Source: Chloroflexota bacterium
GTDB taxonomy: Bacteria > Chloroflexota > Dehalococcoidia > UBA2979
Length of the DNA: 64,000 bases
Reading direction: 5' to 3'
Assembly: GCA_027593235.1 (NCBI GenBank)
Contig: JAQCIU010000009.1
Coordinates: 1 to 64,000, forward strand
The translations under genes were made by a program, and so were the position numbers. Below the pieces are notes generated by a model, which was not told the DNA's origin, did no database searches, and was given only the letters and a program-made list of their open reading frames with translations. Positions 18,288 through 26,566 of the stretch are shown here, in pieces (the first letter of the stretch is position 1; the number at the start of each line of letters is the position of its first letter).

Positions 18288-19142
18288 CTAACCGCCAGCG
18301 GCGGCCCGCTCCTCGGGCGTCGCGATGCGGAAGACGGTCCAGTGACGCAGCCGCGCGAGGTCCGTTCCATCCGCGCCGCGCAGCAGCACGTCGTAGTTGG
18401 CGAAGTGGTGAGCGTTGCGCTCGTATGCCTCCAGGAAGTGCGCGCCGCCGGTCACCACCTGTCCCGAGTGAATCGGGGCCAGGTGCTGGATCCGGCTACG
18501 CGTGTGCATCGAGCTGGGCACGTACGTGTTGTGCCGGAGCAGGTTCTCCGCCCATCCGGCCGTCCACGCCGGGTGCAGCAGTGGCTGATCGCCGACGAAT
18601 CGCGCGTCGTCCGAGTGCTGCTTGTCCGCCGCGAACTCGCGCGCCAGCTCCGGCGTCGCGTCGATCGACTTCGCCAGCCAGTCCTGTCCGACCGGTGCGG
18701 ACTCCAGCACGAGCGCCGGGCGCGGGTCGGGCGCGGGTGCGTCGGTCATCTGCTGCGGGGTCGTGTACTCGTCGAGCCAGTCGGCATCGCCGAGGCCAAC
18801 CGTGCCCCAGACGCATTGAACGCCATCCTGGTTCGTCATCGTGATCGACCACGCACCGGAATCGTCGTCCACCGGCTCCGCGACGATCGTGAGCTGGTCG
18901 CCCGGATAGGTCGGTTGGCGGAACCCGAACTCCGACCAGCCACGGCTGAGCCAGCCGTCGCCGAGCGCCTCGAGGATGGCGGGCGTCGCCCAGCCCCAGA
19001 CCGTCACCCCGCCGATCAGCGCGCCACGGAAGCCGAACTTCGCGGCCACCTCGCTGGAGTGAATCGGGTTACTGATGTCGGCGCTGTCCTCGTTCGAGAG
19101 GTAGGCCTCGAGCTGGTGCTCAATCCGGCGTGCGGTGGTCAT
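18288..19142 (-). CDS. double hot-dog fold (MaoC-like) protein
   Basis: NPIHS...A.KFGF.GALIGG MaoC-type motif, F.QPTYPGD; paralog at 47752. Confidence 0.75.
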   Translation of the reverse strand: MTTARRIEHQLEAYLSNEDSADISNPIHSSEVAAKFGFRGALIGGVTVWGWATPAILEALGDGWLSRGWSEFGFRQPTYPGDQLTIVAEPVDDDSGAWSITMTNQDGVQCVWGTVGLGDADWLDEYTTPQQMTDAPAPDPRPALVLESAPVGQDWLAKSIDATPELAREFAADKQHSDDARFVGDQPLLHPAWTAGWAENLLRHNTYVPSSMHTRSRIQHLAPIHSGQVVTGGAHFLEAYERNAHHFANYDVLLRGADGTDLARLRHWTVFRIATPEERAAAGG

Positions 19143-19302
19143 GCATTCCCTATCCCGGCGCGATCTGTCTCGACCGGATGATAGGCCAGCCGAGGCCCAT
19201 CGCGACCAACACGGCGGGACGCGGGATGGGACCGGAAGCCGGAGGGACCGCCGTCCGTGACGCCCAGAGGAATGCGCGTCACGGACGGCGGGACGAAAGT
19301 GA

Positions 19303-20235
19303 CTACGCCGAAGGCGTAACCACCGGGCAGTTCACGACCAGACCCGGCTGCAGAACCTCGAAGCCGGAGTCCACCACCGCCGCGGCGCTGGTGATGCTGT
19401 TCGGCTCGTAGTTGTCCGGGACCACCACCAGGTTCACCAGCCAGAAGGCCGAGTACCCGGCGTCGCCCGGAAGCGCGTCAATGATGTTGTTCTGGCCCTC
19501 GACAAACAGCGGGTTGCCGTCCGCGTCCATGCCTGTGATGAACGCCCAGATCGGGACCGCGACCGCCGGGTTCGCACCGAAGTCCGGGTAGAACACGCGC
19601 TGATCGCGGTACCAACCGCTCACCAGCTCCTCGCCCTGCTCCAGCGTGGATCCGGCCGGCACGACCGGGCAGTTCACCAGCAGGCCGGGCACCTCGGTCG
19701 GGTACGACATCGCCTGCAGATCCGCCGCCGAGTGGATCGAGTTCGCCACGTAGCCCTCGGGGACCGTCACGAGGTTCACCTGCCACAGGTCGGAGTACCC
19801 GGGTTCGCCCGGCAGCGCGTCGATGATGTTGTGCTGTTCCTCGACGAAGACCGGGTTGCCGTCGCCATCCTTGCCGGTGATGAACACCCAGATCGGCGCC
19901 GTCGCCACAACTGGACCGGTGGCCGGCGACTGCGTGCCAAAGTCGTAGTAGACGACCGGCTCGTCGCGGAACCAGCCGTTGACCAGCGCGAAGTCCTTCG
20001 CCGCGCCGAGGTCGGCGTCGGGCAGGTCCATCGAATCCATCATCTCTTCGGTCGCGGTGGCGGACGGGTCGTCATCCATCATCTCTTCAGTTGGCGTGGC
20101 GCTGGGATCGCCATCATCGTCGCCACAGCCAATCAACACCGCGCCGGCGACGCCGGCGACGCCGACTCCGAACCCGCGCAGCAATGCGCGACGACTCGGA
20201 CGGCGAGCGAGAAACGAACCGGGAGCCTGGGACAC
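19303..20235 (-). CDS. Tat-exported lipoprotein with two ~120-aa repeated domains (DUF7482-like, tentative)
   Basis: SRRALL twin-Arg and LIGC lipobox; repeated GW.RD..V.Y.DFG / PIW.FITG.D.DGNP.FVE.Q.NIIDALPG..GYS..W.VNLV / VNCPVV; AGGAGG RBS before GTG 20235. Confidence 0.85.
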   Translation of the reverse strand: MSQAPGSFLARRPSRRALLRGFGVGVAGVAGAVLIGCGDDDGDPSATPTEEMMDDDPSATATEEMMDSMDLPDADLGAAKDFALVNGWFRDEPVVYYDFGTQSPATGPVVATAPIWVFITGKDGDGNPVFVEEQHNIIDALPGEPGYSDLWQVNLVTVPEGYVANSIHSAADLQAMSYPTEVPGLLVNCPVVPAGSTLEQGEELVSGWYRDQRVFYPDFGANPAVAVPIWAFITGMDADGNPLFVEGQNNIIDALPGDAGYSAFWLVNLVVVPDNYEPNSITSAAAVVDSGFEVLQPGLVVNCPVVTPSA

Positions 20236-20411
20236 GAATACCTCCTGGAGCACGAGTGGGCCTGCCAGGAAGTGTCCGTCGCCGAGCTTTCGTCCCCGTG
20301 TCGTTTCTTGCGCAAGCATTACAGCGGGGCTGATGTTCCCCCACGCCAAACACGAGGGTGATGCGCGACTGACGAGGGCGCGACGGGTGTCGGCGCCGCT
20401 GACGCCCCCGC

Positions 20412-21299
20412 TTAGGAGCGCGGCGGCGTCAGTGGCTGCGGAGGCGGCGGGTTGGTCCCCGCCAGGATGTGGTCCGTCCGCAACCGGATCCGGTCCAGTG
20501 GCACGTCCGGCGTCAGGATCCAGAACTGCTCGTCGCGGATCGCGCCCAGCACCTGCTCCGCCACCTGACGAGGTGGCAGGCCGTGTGCGAAGTACGCATC
20601 ACCCTCGGCGATCCGCGTCGCGATCTCGTCCGCCGTCGGCTGCTCGTCGTCGCCCCAGAGGTCGTCGGGACGGTTCCGCCCTGACGAAAAGATGCGTGTA
20701 TTGATGATCCCCGGGCACAACACCGAGGCGTGCACCTTCGCGTTCCGCTCCTGGAGCTGGAAGTACAGCGCCTCCGAAATGCGCACCACGGCGTGCTTCG
20801 TCGCGCCGTAGATCCCGGCCGCCGATCCGCCGAGCAGGCCCGCCATCGAGGCCGTATTCACCACGTGCCCCGGCTCGTCCTGCGCCAGCATGATCGGCAG
20901 GAACGTGCGAATGCCGTGCAGCACCCCGTCCACGTTCACCCCGAACGTCCAATCCCACAGCCGCGGCGACTGCTCCCACAGCGGAAGGCCGCGGTTGCGC
21001 ACGAAATCGAGGTCGCCCGCGACACCCGCGTTGTTGCAGAGCACGTGCACCGCGCCATATGCATCCAGCGTCGCCTGCGCCAACGCCTCGATCTGCGCCG
21101 GATCGGCGACGTTCGCCGTCACGCCAATCACCTCCAGCTCGCGCTGGCGCAGCTCCGCGACCGTTGCCTCGAGGGCCGGCGCCTCCACGTCGGAGAGCAC
21201 CACCTTCATCCCCTCCTCCGCGAACCGCTCCGCGAAGGCGCGCCCCATCCCGGACGCCGCTCCGGTGACCACCGCCACCTTGCCCTCGAACTCCTGCAT
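20412..21299 (-). CDS. SDR family oxidoreductase
   Basis: TGAASGMG, NNAGV, YGATK. Confidence 0.92.
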   Translation of the reverse strand: MQEFEGKVAVVTGAASGMGRAFAERFAEEGMKVVLSDVEAPALEATVAELRQRELEVIGVTANVADPAQIEALAQATLDAYGAVHVLCNNAGVAGDLDFVRNRGLPLWEQSPRLWDWTFGVNVDGVLHGIRTFLPIMLAQDEPGHVVNTASMAGLLGGSAAGIYGATKHAVVRISEALYFQLQERNAKVHASVLCPGIINTRIFSSGRNRPDDLWGDDEQPTADEIATRIAEGDAYFAHGLPPRQVAEQVLGAIRDEQFWILTPDVPLDRIRLRTDHILAGTNPPPPQPLTPPRS

Positions 21300-21311
21300 C
21301 GCTCGCCCCCT

Positions 21312-21350
21312 CGTTGGCCCCGTTGGTCCCGTTGGTCCCGTTGGACCCGT
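21312..21350. repeat. 9-bp tandem repeat (CGTTGGNCC) x4
   Basis: cgttggccc cgttggtcc cgttggtcc cgttggacc cgt, directly upstream of the SDR RBS. Confidence 0.8.
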
Positions 21351-21537
21351 CGCTCACCGAACAATCACGCTCCCGCGCCGTCCACGGCGCGGCGAAGCGG
21401 CGCGATGATAGCCGAGCCCGACCACCGAAACGAGGCGCCGGGCGTCCTTCCACCCGTCGCTTCGCTGTCGCCTTTCTGGCTGACAACGGTGCACGCTGAT
21501 AAACCAATGGCTAGAATCACGCCAAGGGGACACGCCT

Positions 21538-22101
21538 GTGGACATCGATCTGCTCGACTTCATCGACGTCAACGTGGGCCAGGAGGTCGACACGGTCGTC
21601 TTCATGGCGATCGCGATCGTCGCCGCACTCCTCCTCGTCGTCACCTTTGTGATGGGCGAAGCGTTCGAGTTCTTCGGCGACGCCCTCGATATCGATGACG
21701 GCGGCGGCGTCTTCAACATGCAGAGCATCGCCGCGTTCCTCGCGGGATTCGGCTCGATCGCGTGGCTCCTCAGCGGCTACTTCGAGGTCCCGCCGCTGCT
21801 CTCCGCCGCCGGTGGCGTCGCCGCTGGCCTCCCGATGGCCGGCGTCGTCGTCCTCATGACGCGGGCATTCATGCGCCAGTCGGTATCGTCCGGCTTCAAC
21901 CTCACCGATCTCGTCGGCGAAGACGTTCTGGTCTCGCTCACGATCCCGGAGCAGGGCATCGGACGGGTGCAGTTCACTCGGTCGGGTGGCACTCACACCG
22001 CGGGCGCGCGGTCGGCCGCGAAGGTCCGAATCCAACAGGGCACTGTCGTAACGATCGAAAGCGTGGTCGCGGGCGAAGTCGTCGTTCGCGCCACCAGCTA
22101 G
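21538..22101 (+). CDS. NfeD-like membrane protein
   Basis: Three TM segments plus an OB-fold-like C-terminus (LVG...V..TIP..GIGRV; I.QGTVV.I); directly upstream of flotillin. Confidence 0.8.
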   Translation: MDIDLLDFIDVNVGQEVDTVVFMAIAIVAALLLVVTFVMGEAFEFFGDALDIDDGGGVFNMQSIAAFLAGFGSIAWLLSGYFEVPPLLSAAGGVAAGLPMAGVVVLMTRAFMRQSVSSGFNLTDLVGEDVLVSLTIPEQGIGRVQFTRSGGTHTAGARSAAKVRIQQGTVVTIESVVAGEVVVRATS

Positions 22102-22136
22102 GCAAATCGGCCAAGCGCCGAAGGGTGGGGTAACCA

Positions 22137-23663
22137 ATGGCGGCAGGCATCGGACTGATCGTCCTGATCATCGTCCTCGTATTCGGGGCAATTATCGGAA
22201 CCTGGGCACGCCGCTATCGGCGCGCCGGACCAGACGAAGTGCTCGTCATCTCTGGTCGTCGCAACAAGCGGCGCAACGCCGCCGGTGAGATCGAAGAAGT
22301 CGGCTTCCGTGTGATCAGGAACGGCGGCACATTCGTCTTCCCGATCATCGAGGAATTCGAGCGCATGTCGCTCCACGTCATCAGCACTCAGGTGGCGACC
22401 CACAACGCGATCTCCAAGGAAGGTGTCCCGCTGATCGTCGTCGGCACCGCCCTCTTCAAGGTCGCCGGTGACGACACCGGCATCATCAACGCCGCCGAGC
22501 GCTACCTCAGTCGCCCGCAGGAGGACATCGAGCGCGACGTCCAGGCCGTCCTCGAAGGCCACCTCCGTGGCGTCTGCGGACAGCTCACCCCGGAGGAGAT
22601 CTACCAGGACCGCCAGGCGTTCCAGGAGCAGATCGCCGAGCAGGCCCAGGCCGAGCTCACCCAGATGGGCATCACCCTCGACACCCTCACCCTGCGCGAC
22701 ATCAGCGACGAAGTCGGCTACCTCGATGCCCTCGGGCGCCGCCGTACCGCCGAGGTGAGCCGAGACGCCCGCATCGGCGAAGCCAACGCCGACCGTGAAG
22801 CCGCCGTCGCCGAGGCGCTCGCCCGTCAGGCCAGCGAGCGCGCACGCGCCGAAGCCGACGCCGCCATCGCCGAGGCCGAAAAGGACCGCGACGTCCGCAA
22901 GGCCGCCTACGACGCCGAGACCTCCGCCGAGGAAGCCCGCGCCGAGCAGGCCGCCGAGCAGGCCGAAGCCGAAGCCAAACAACGCGTCGCCGAGGCCATG
23001 ACCGCCCTCGCCGAACGGCGTGCCCAGCAGCGTCGCCAGGAACTGGAGTCCGAGGTCGTCGCGATCGCCGAGGCCGACAAGCAACGCCAGATCCTCGACG
23101 CCGAGGCCGACAAGCAGCGCGCCATCCTCCAGGCAGAAGCGGACGCCCAGGCCATCGTCGCCCGCGCCGAGGCGAACAAGCAGTCCGCCGTCCTCTCCGG
23201 TGAAGGTGACGCCCGCCAGATCTCTGACCGCGGTAACGCCGAGGCCTCGGCGATCGCCGCCAAACTTGGCGCGGAAGCGAAGGGCCTCGGTGAACGCGCG
23301 GAAGCGCTGAAGCAATACACCGACGAAGCGATCCGCGTGCAACTCGCCACCGATGTGATCCAGGCGTTGCCGGGCATCGTCGCCGCCGCCGCATCACCGC
23401 TCAGCCACGTCGACGAGATCCGCATCGTCGACTTCGGCGGCGGCAGCCGCGGCAACGGAGGCGCGGGCGGCCCCACCAGTCAGCTCTTCGGGCTTACCCC
23501 CGCGGCGCTCGGTGCCACCGACGAGGCGCTCAAGCAGACAATCGGCGTCAGCCTCGTCGACCTGATCGGCCTCGTCCGCAACGGGACACTCACGCCATCG
23601 GCGGGTGCCGCCGGAACGCCGCCCCCCGCGGGGCCCGCTGACGCGGGCGGTGCTGGCGACTAG
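22137..23663 (+). CDS. flotillin/SPFH domain protein
   Basis: PDEVLVISG, GGTFVFP, LEGHLR, GYLDALG, Ala/Glu-rich coiled coil (AEA repeats). Confidence 0.93.
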   Translation: MAAGIGLIVLIIVLVFGAIIGTWARRYRRAGPDEVLVISGRRNKRRNAAGEIEEVGFRVIRNGGTFVFPIIEEFERMSLHVISTQVATHNAISKEGVPLIVVGTALFKVAGDDTGIINAAERYLSRPQEDIERDVQAVLEGHLRGVCGQLTPEEIYQDRQAFQEQIAEQAQAELTQMGITLDTLTLRDISDEVGYLDALGRRRTAEVSRDARIGEANADREAAVAEALARQASERARAEADAAIAEAEKDRDVRKAAYDAETSAEEARAEQAAEQAEAEAKQRVAEAMTALAERRAQQRRQELESEVVAIAEADKQRQILDAEADKQRAILQAEADAQAIVARAEANKQSAVLSGEGDARQISDRGNAEASAIAAKLGAEAKGLGERAEALKQYTDEAIRVQLATDVIQALPGIVAAAASPLSHVDEIRIVDFGGGSRGNGGAGGPTSQLFGLTPAALGATDEALKQTIGVSLVDLIGLVRNGTLTPSAGAAGTPPPAGPADAGGAGD

Positions 23664-23673
23664 CACCCGCGCA

Positions 23674-23696
23674 ACCGCGGCGCCGGGCGCCGCGGT
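23674..23696. terminator. hairpin between convergent genes
   Basis: ACCGCGGCGC-CGG-GCGCCGCGGT. Confidence 0.5.
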
Positions 23697-23698
23697 CT

Positions 23699-24667
23699 CT
23701 ACCCGTTGCGGTTGTTCCAGCGTAGATCGAGTTCGTCCTCTGGCGGTGCTGCGGTATCCGCCCACGGATCGGGGCGCCCGCCGCCGCCGGCGTCATGTGC
23801 TCGGCTACCCCGCGCCGCTGGCGGCGGAGGCAACGACACCTCGGTGCTGACGGCTTCGCCACTCGGCATCGGCTCGGTCACCAGCTCGAAGCCCTCGTCG
23901 TCACCGATCGGCTCCGCCGTCAGATCCTCCGCGGCGCCCCGGCGCCGCGACTGCCGCGGCGGGCGATCGGGCTGCGAGTCTCGCTGCGGCTGCGCCCGTC
24001 GCTCCGGTTGCGCGTCACGCAGCGGTTGCGCGTCACGGTGCGGCGCCGTCCTCGTCGGTTGCGCATCCCGCACCGGAGCCGCCCGACGGTCCGGCTTCGA
24101 TCGCCACTCCGCAGCAACTGATCGCGCCGTCGCCCCCGGGGCCGTCGCCGGGCGTAGCTGCGGAACCGCCGTCACGATCGACTCCAGCTCCGCTGGCGAC
24201 ACGCCAAGCGCTCGCAGCCGGTCCACCACCAGCACCTCGCTGCCCGGCATCCGCTCGACCAGCTCGCTGATCCGCTCCACCGTCCGCTCCTGCGACAGCA
24301 CCGCGTTCACCACCGCCTCGCGCAGCCGAGGATTGCGACGCGCCACCCGGGTCATCTGGACCGGACTCACGCCGTCGCCGCGAAGCGCTTGCAGCGCCAG
24401 CTCACGCAACTCCGGCACATCCTGGATCAACTCCAGCAGATCCAGCGTGCGCGGCTCCCGCGCCAGCAACCGCCGGCCAAGATCCACCCGCAGCGCCGGG
24501 ATCCGTTCGATCATCCCGCGCAACGCACGACGCGTCAGATAGCGATCCTCCAACGCCGTCACCACGCGGTCATGCATCTCCGGCGTCGTGTCCAGCAACT
24601 CGTGCAGTTCCTCGTCGTTCAACCGCCGCCCCTGGAGGAAGCGATCGAGCACCGTTGAAATCACCAT
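23699..24667 (-). CDS. hypothetical protein with helical repeats and low-complexity C-terminus
   Basis: AAGGAG RBS before ATG 24667; recurring L..(I/V)...P.LR units; RDAQP repeats. Confidence 0.7.
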   Translation of the reverse strand: MVISTVLDRFLQGRRLNDEELHELLDTTPEMHDRVVTALEDRYLTRRALRGMIERIPALRVDLGRRLLAREPRTLDLLELIQDVPELRELALQALRGDGVSPVQMTRVARRNPRLREAVVNAVLSQERTVERISELVERMPGSEVLVVDRLRALGVSPAELESIVTAVPQLRPATAPGATARSVAAEWRSKPDRRAAPVRDAQPTRTAPHRDAQPLRDAQPERRAQPQRDSQPDRPPRQSRRRGAAEDLTAEPIGDDEGFELVTEPMPSGEAVSTEVSLPPPPAARGSRAHDAGGGGRPDPWADTAAPPEDELDLRWNNRNG

Positions 24668-24950
24668 CGTGCGCTCCTTGACATCCACCGCGCGGCCCGC
24701 GACGTCAGGTAACCGGAAGGATACAGAACCCACCTTCGACTCCAAATCCGCCGCCCCAGAACTGGGCAAATGGCCCGTGCGACGCGTCCGTCGCTCAGGT
24801 ACGATTTATCGACTGACCGTGCGGTCAGCGACCCTCAGTCCGCTTCTGGTCGTGTCATCCGAACACCACGTCGAGCAGCTGAGCATCCCAGGGTTGCCGC
24901 AGTTCATGCGGCTGATGAGCCGGTTCAGTCCGGCGTGGAGTTCAAGTCTT

Positions 24951-25310
24951 ATGGCCCAGAGAATCTACGTGGGGAATCTCCCCTACACCTCCTCCGAAGA
25001 GGAGATTGAGCAGCTGTTTGGTCAATACGGCGAAGTCATCTCTTGCGCACTACCGACCGATCGCGAGACCGGTCGCCCGCGTGGCTTCGGCTTCGTTGAA
25101 ATGGGCAACGACGATGCCGCGAAGGCGATCGAAGCCCTCGACGGCGCCGACTTCGGCGGTCGCTCCCTCGCCGTCAGCGAGGCACGCCCCCGTCAGGACC
25201 GCGGCCCGCGCGCCGGTGGCGGCGGTGGTGGCTACGGCGGTGGTGGCGGTGGCGGTGGATACGGCGGTGGCGGCGGAGGCCGCGACCGCGATCGCGACCG
25301 CCGCTACTAG
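24951..25310 (+). CDS. RRM RNA-binding protein with Gly-rich tail
   Basis: IYVGNL (RNP2), RGFGFVEM (RNP1), GGGGYGGG tail. Confidence 0.95.
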   Translation: MAQRIYVGNLPYTSSEEEIEQLFGQYGEVISCALPTDRETGRPRGFGFVEMGNDDAAKAIEALDGADFGGRSLAVSEARPRQDRGPRAGGGGGGYGGGGGGGGYGGGGGGRDRDRDRRY

Positions 25311-25407
25311 ACCCAACCGGGACCGCCAGCCCGGACCGGAGCGCGGCCCTTGCCGCCCATCGGATGCACCGGAAGACGGCTGGCAGTCACCGCGGACCGT
25401 TTGACCT

Positions 25408-25506
25408 GGGAGCCCGGTTCGCCGGGCTCCCTTCATCCCTAACAAACAGCGAGCCCGGTCCATCGGGCTCCCTTCATCCCTAACAGACAGCGAGCCCGGT
25501 CCGTCG
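25408..25506 (+). repeat. 41-bp tandem repeat of a hairpin/terminator unit (about 2.3 copies)
   Basis: GAGCCCGGT starts at 25410, 25451 and 25492; the first copy is GGGAGCCCGG-TTCG-CCGGGCTCCC followed by TTCAT. Confidence 0.85.
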
Positions 25507-25682
25507 AACCCCACGCTCTGGGAGCTACCGCGACACGGTAGGCCGACTGCCCTCGTGGGTGGTAACCGCGCGACCGGGCCCCGCGCGGCACGGTGCCCTC
25601 GAGGAACCTCGCGCGCCGTAGCGCATCCGTCGACGCGTACCTATCGAGGCCTATCCGCCGAGGCGCATCCCTCGAGGCGTAC

Positions 25683-25976
25683 CTATCGCCGGCGCGGCAC
25701 AATCCGGTCGCCGACCCAGATCCCAGCGCCGGCCACGGTCGCAATCACCGCAAACTGTAAGAAAAGCCCATCGCAAAACAGCAGCCGGTTCGCGATCCCA
25801 AGCGGTCCCATGAACGCGACCAGCATCCACCAGAAGCGAGGCGTCCGCATCGGCGCACGGGTCGTCATCATCGACAACCCAAAGCGCCGCAGTGTCAGCG
25901 ACACCCCGCCGATCACCAGCACCGCCACCGCAACCTGCGCCAGTGGATGGGCATCGCAATACACAGCAGCCCCCAC
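25683..25976 (-). CDS. small hypothetical membrane protein (start uncertain)
   Basis: Hydrophobic segments and a basic C-terminus; no recognisable family. Confidence 0.45.
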   Translation of the reverse strand: MGAAVYCDAHPLAQVAVAVLVIGGVSLTLRRFGLSMMTTRAPMRTPRFWWMLVAFMGPLGIANRLLFCDGLFLQFAVIATVAGAGIWVGDRIVPRRR

Positions 25977-26105
25977 AACCGAGGGCTATCGAGACCGCCC
26001 TCTACCGCGAGGAGTCTACGCGAGCGCGCCCCGCCGGCCCGAACGGGGCCCCGGACGTCACCCCGGCTCTCCAACTGGCGAACCGCCCGCCCGCCGTATC
26101 GAGCC

Positions 26106-26285
26106 TCAACCCGCGCGCCGCCAGCGCGTCCCCTCGCGTGCGCGTCGCAGATCCACCACCGCCTCCAGCAGCGGCTTCGACGCGTAGAAGACCGTCCCGC
26201 AGTTCACGCAAAACACCCCGTCCTCATGCCCGCGCAGCGCCCCGGTCACGCATCGCGGGCACGGATCGGACGCAATCCTCGTCAT
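26106..26285 (-). CDS. small zinc-ribbon protein
   Basis: GAGGAGG RBS; MTRIASDPCPRC...FCVNCG (59 aa). Confidence 0.7.
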   Translation of the reverse strand: MTRIASDPCPRCVTGALRGHEDGVFCVNCGTVFYASKPLLEAVVDLRRAREGTRWRRAG

Positions 26286-26566
26286 CGGACCTCCTCGGCG
26301 CGTACGTTGTGCCCCGGAGACCGTGAGTCTATGCGAACGTTCGTTCGCATGTAAGCATCGCCACGTGCCGCAGCGGAGGCCGTGAAGGCGGGCGGCCGAG
26401 ACGGGTCGCAACACCATCGCGCTCCCCCTCGAGAAACTGTCTGTCGCTCTCATGACTCCACAACGCAAGCCACCGTACAACCAACAGACATAATTCTGTC
26501 CGGATTCCGCGCATCTCACGTGTGCATCGGATATCGTCCCGGCGGAACGGCAGCGGAGGCGTAGTC

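Noticed and set aside
24912-24940. Hammerhead ribozyme (CTGATGA followed by a stem-loop)
   Set aside because: The stem is followed by GTGG instead of the invariant GAAA.
25210-25310. GGY repeats as a non-coding repeat element
   Set aside because: They encode the Gly-rich tail of the RRM protein.
25408-25506. CRISPR mini-array
   Set aside because: The intervening sequences are near-identical rather than unique spacers, there are fewer than 3 full units, and no cas genes are present.
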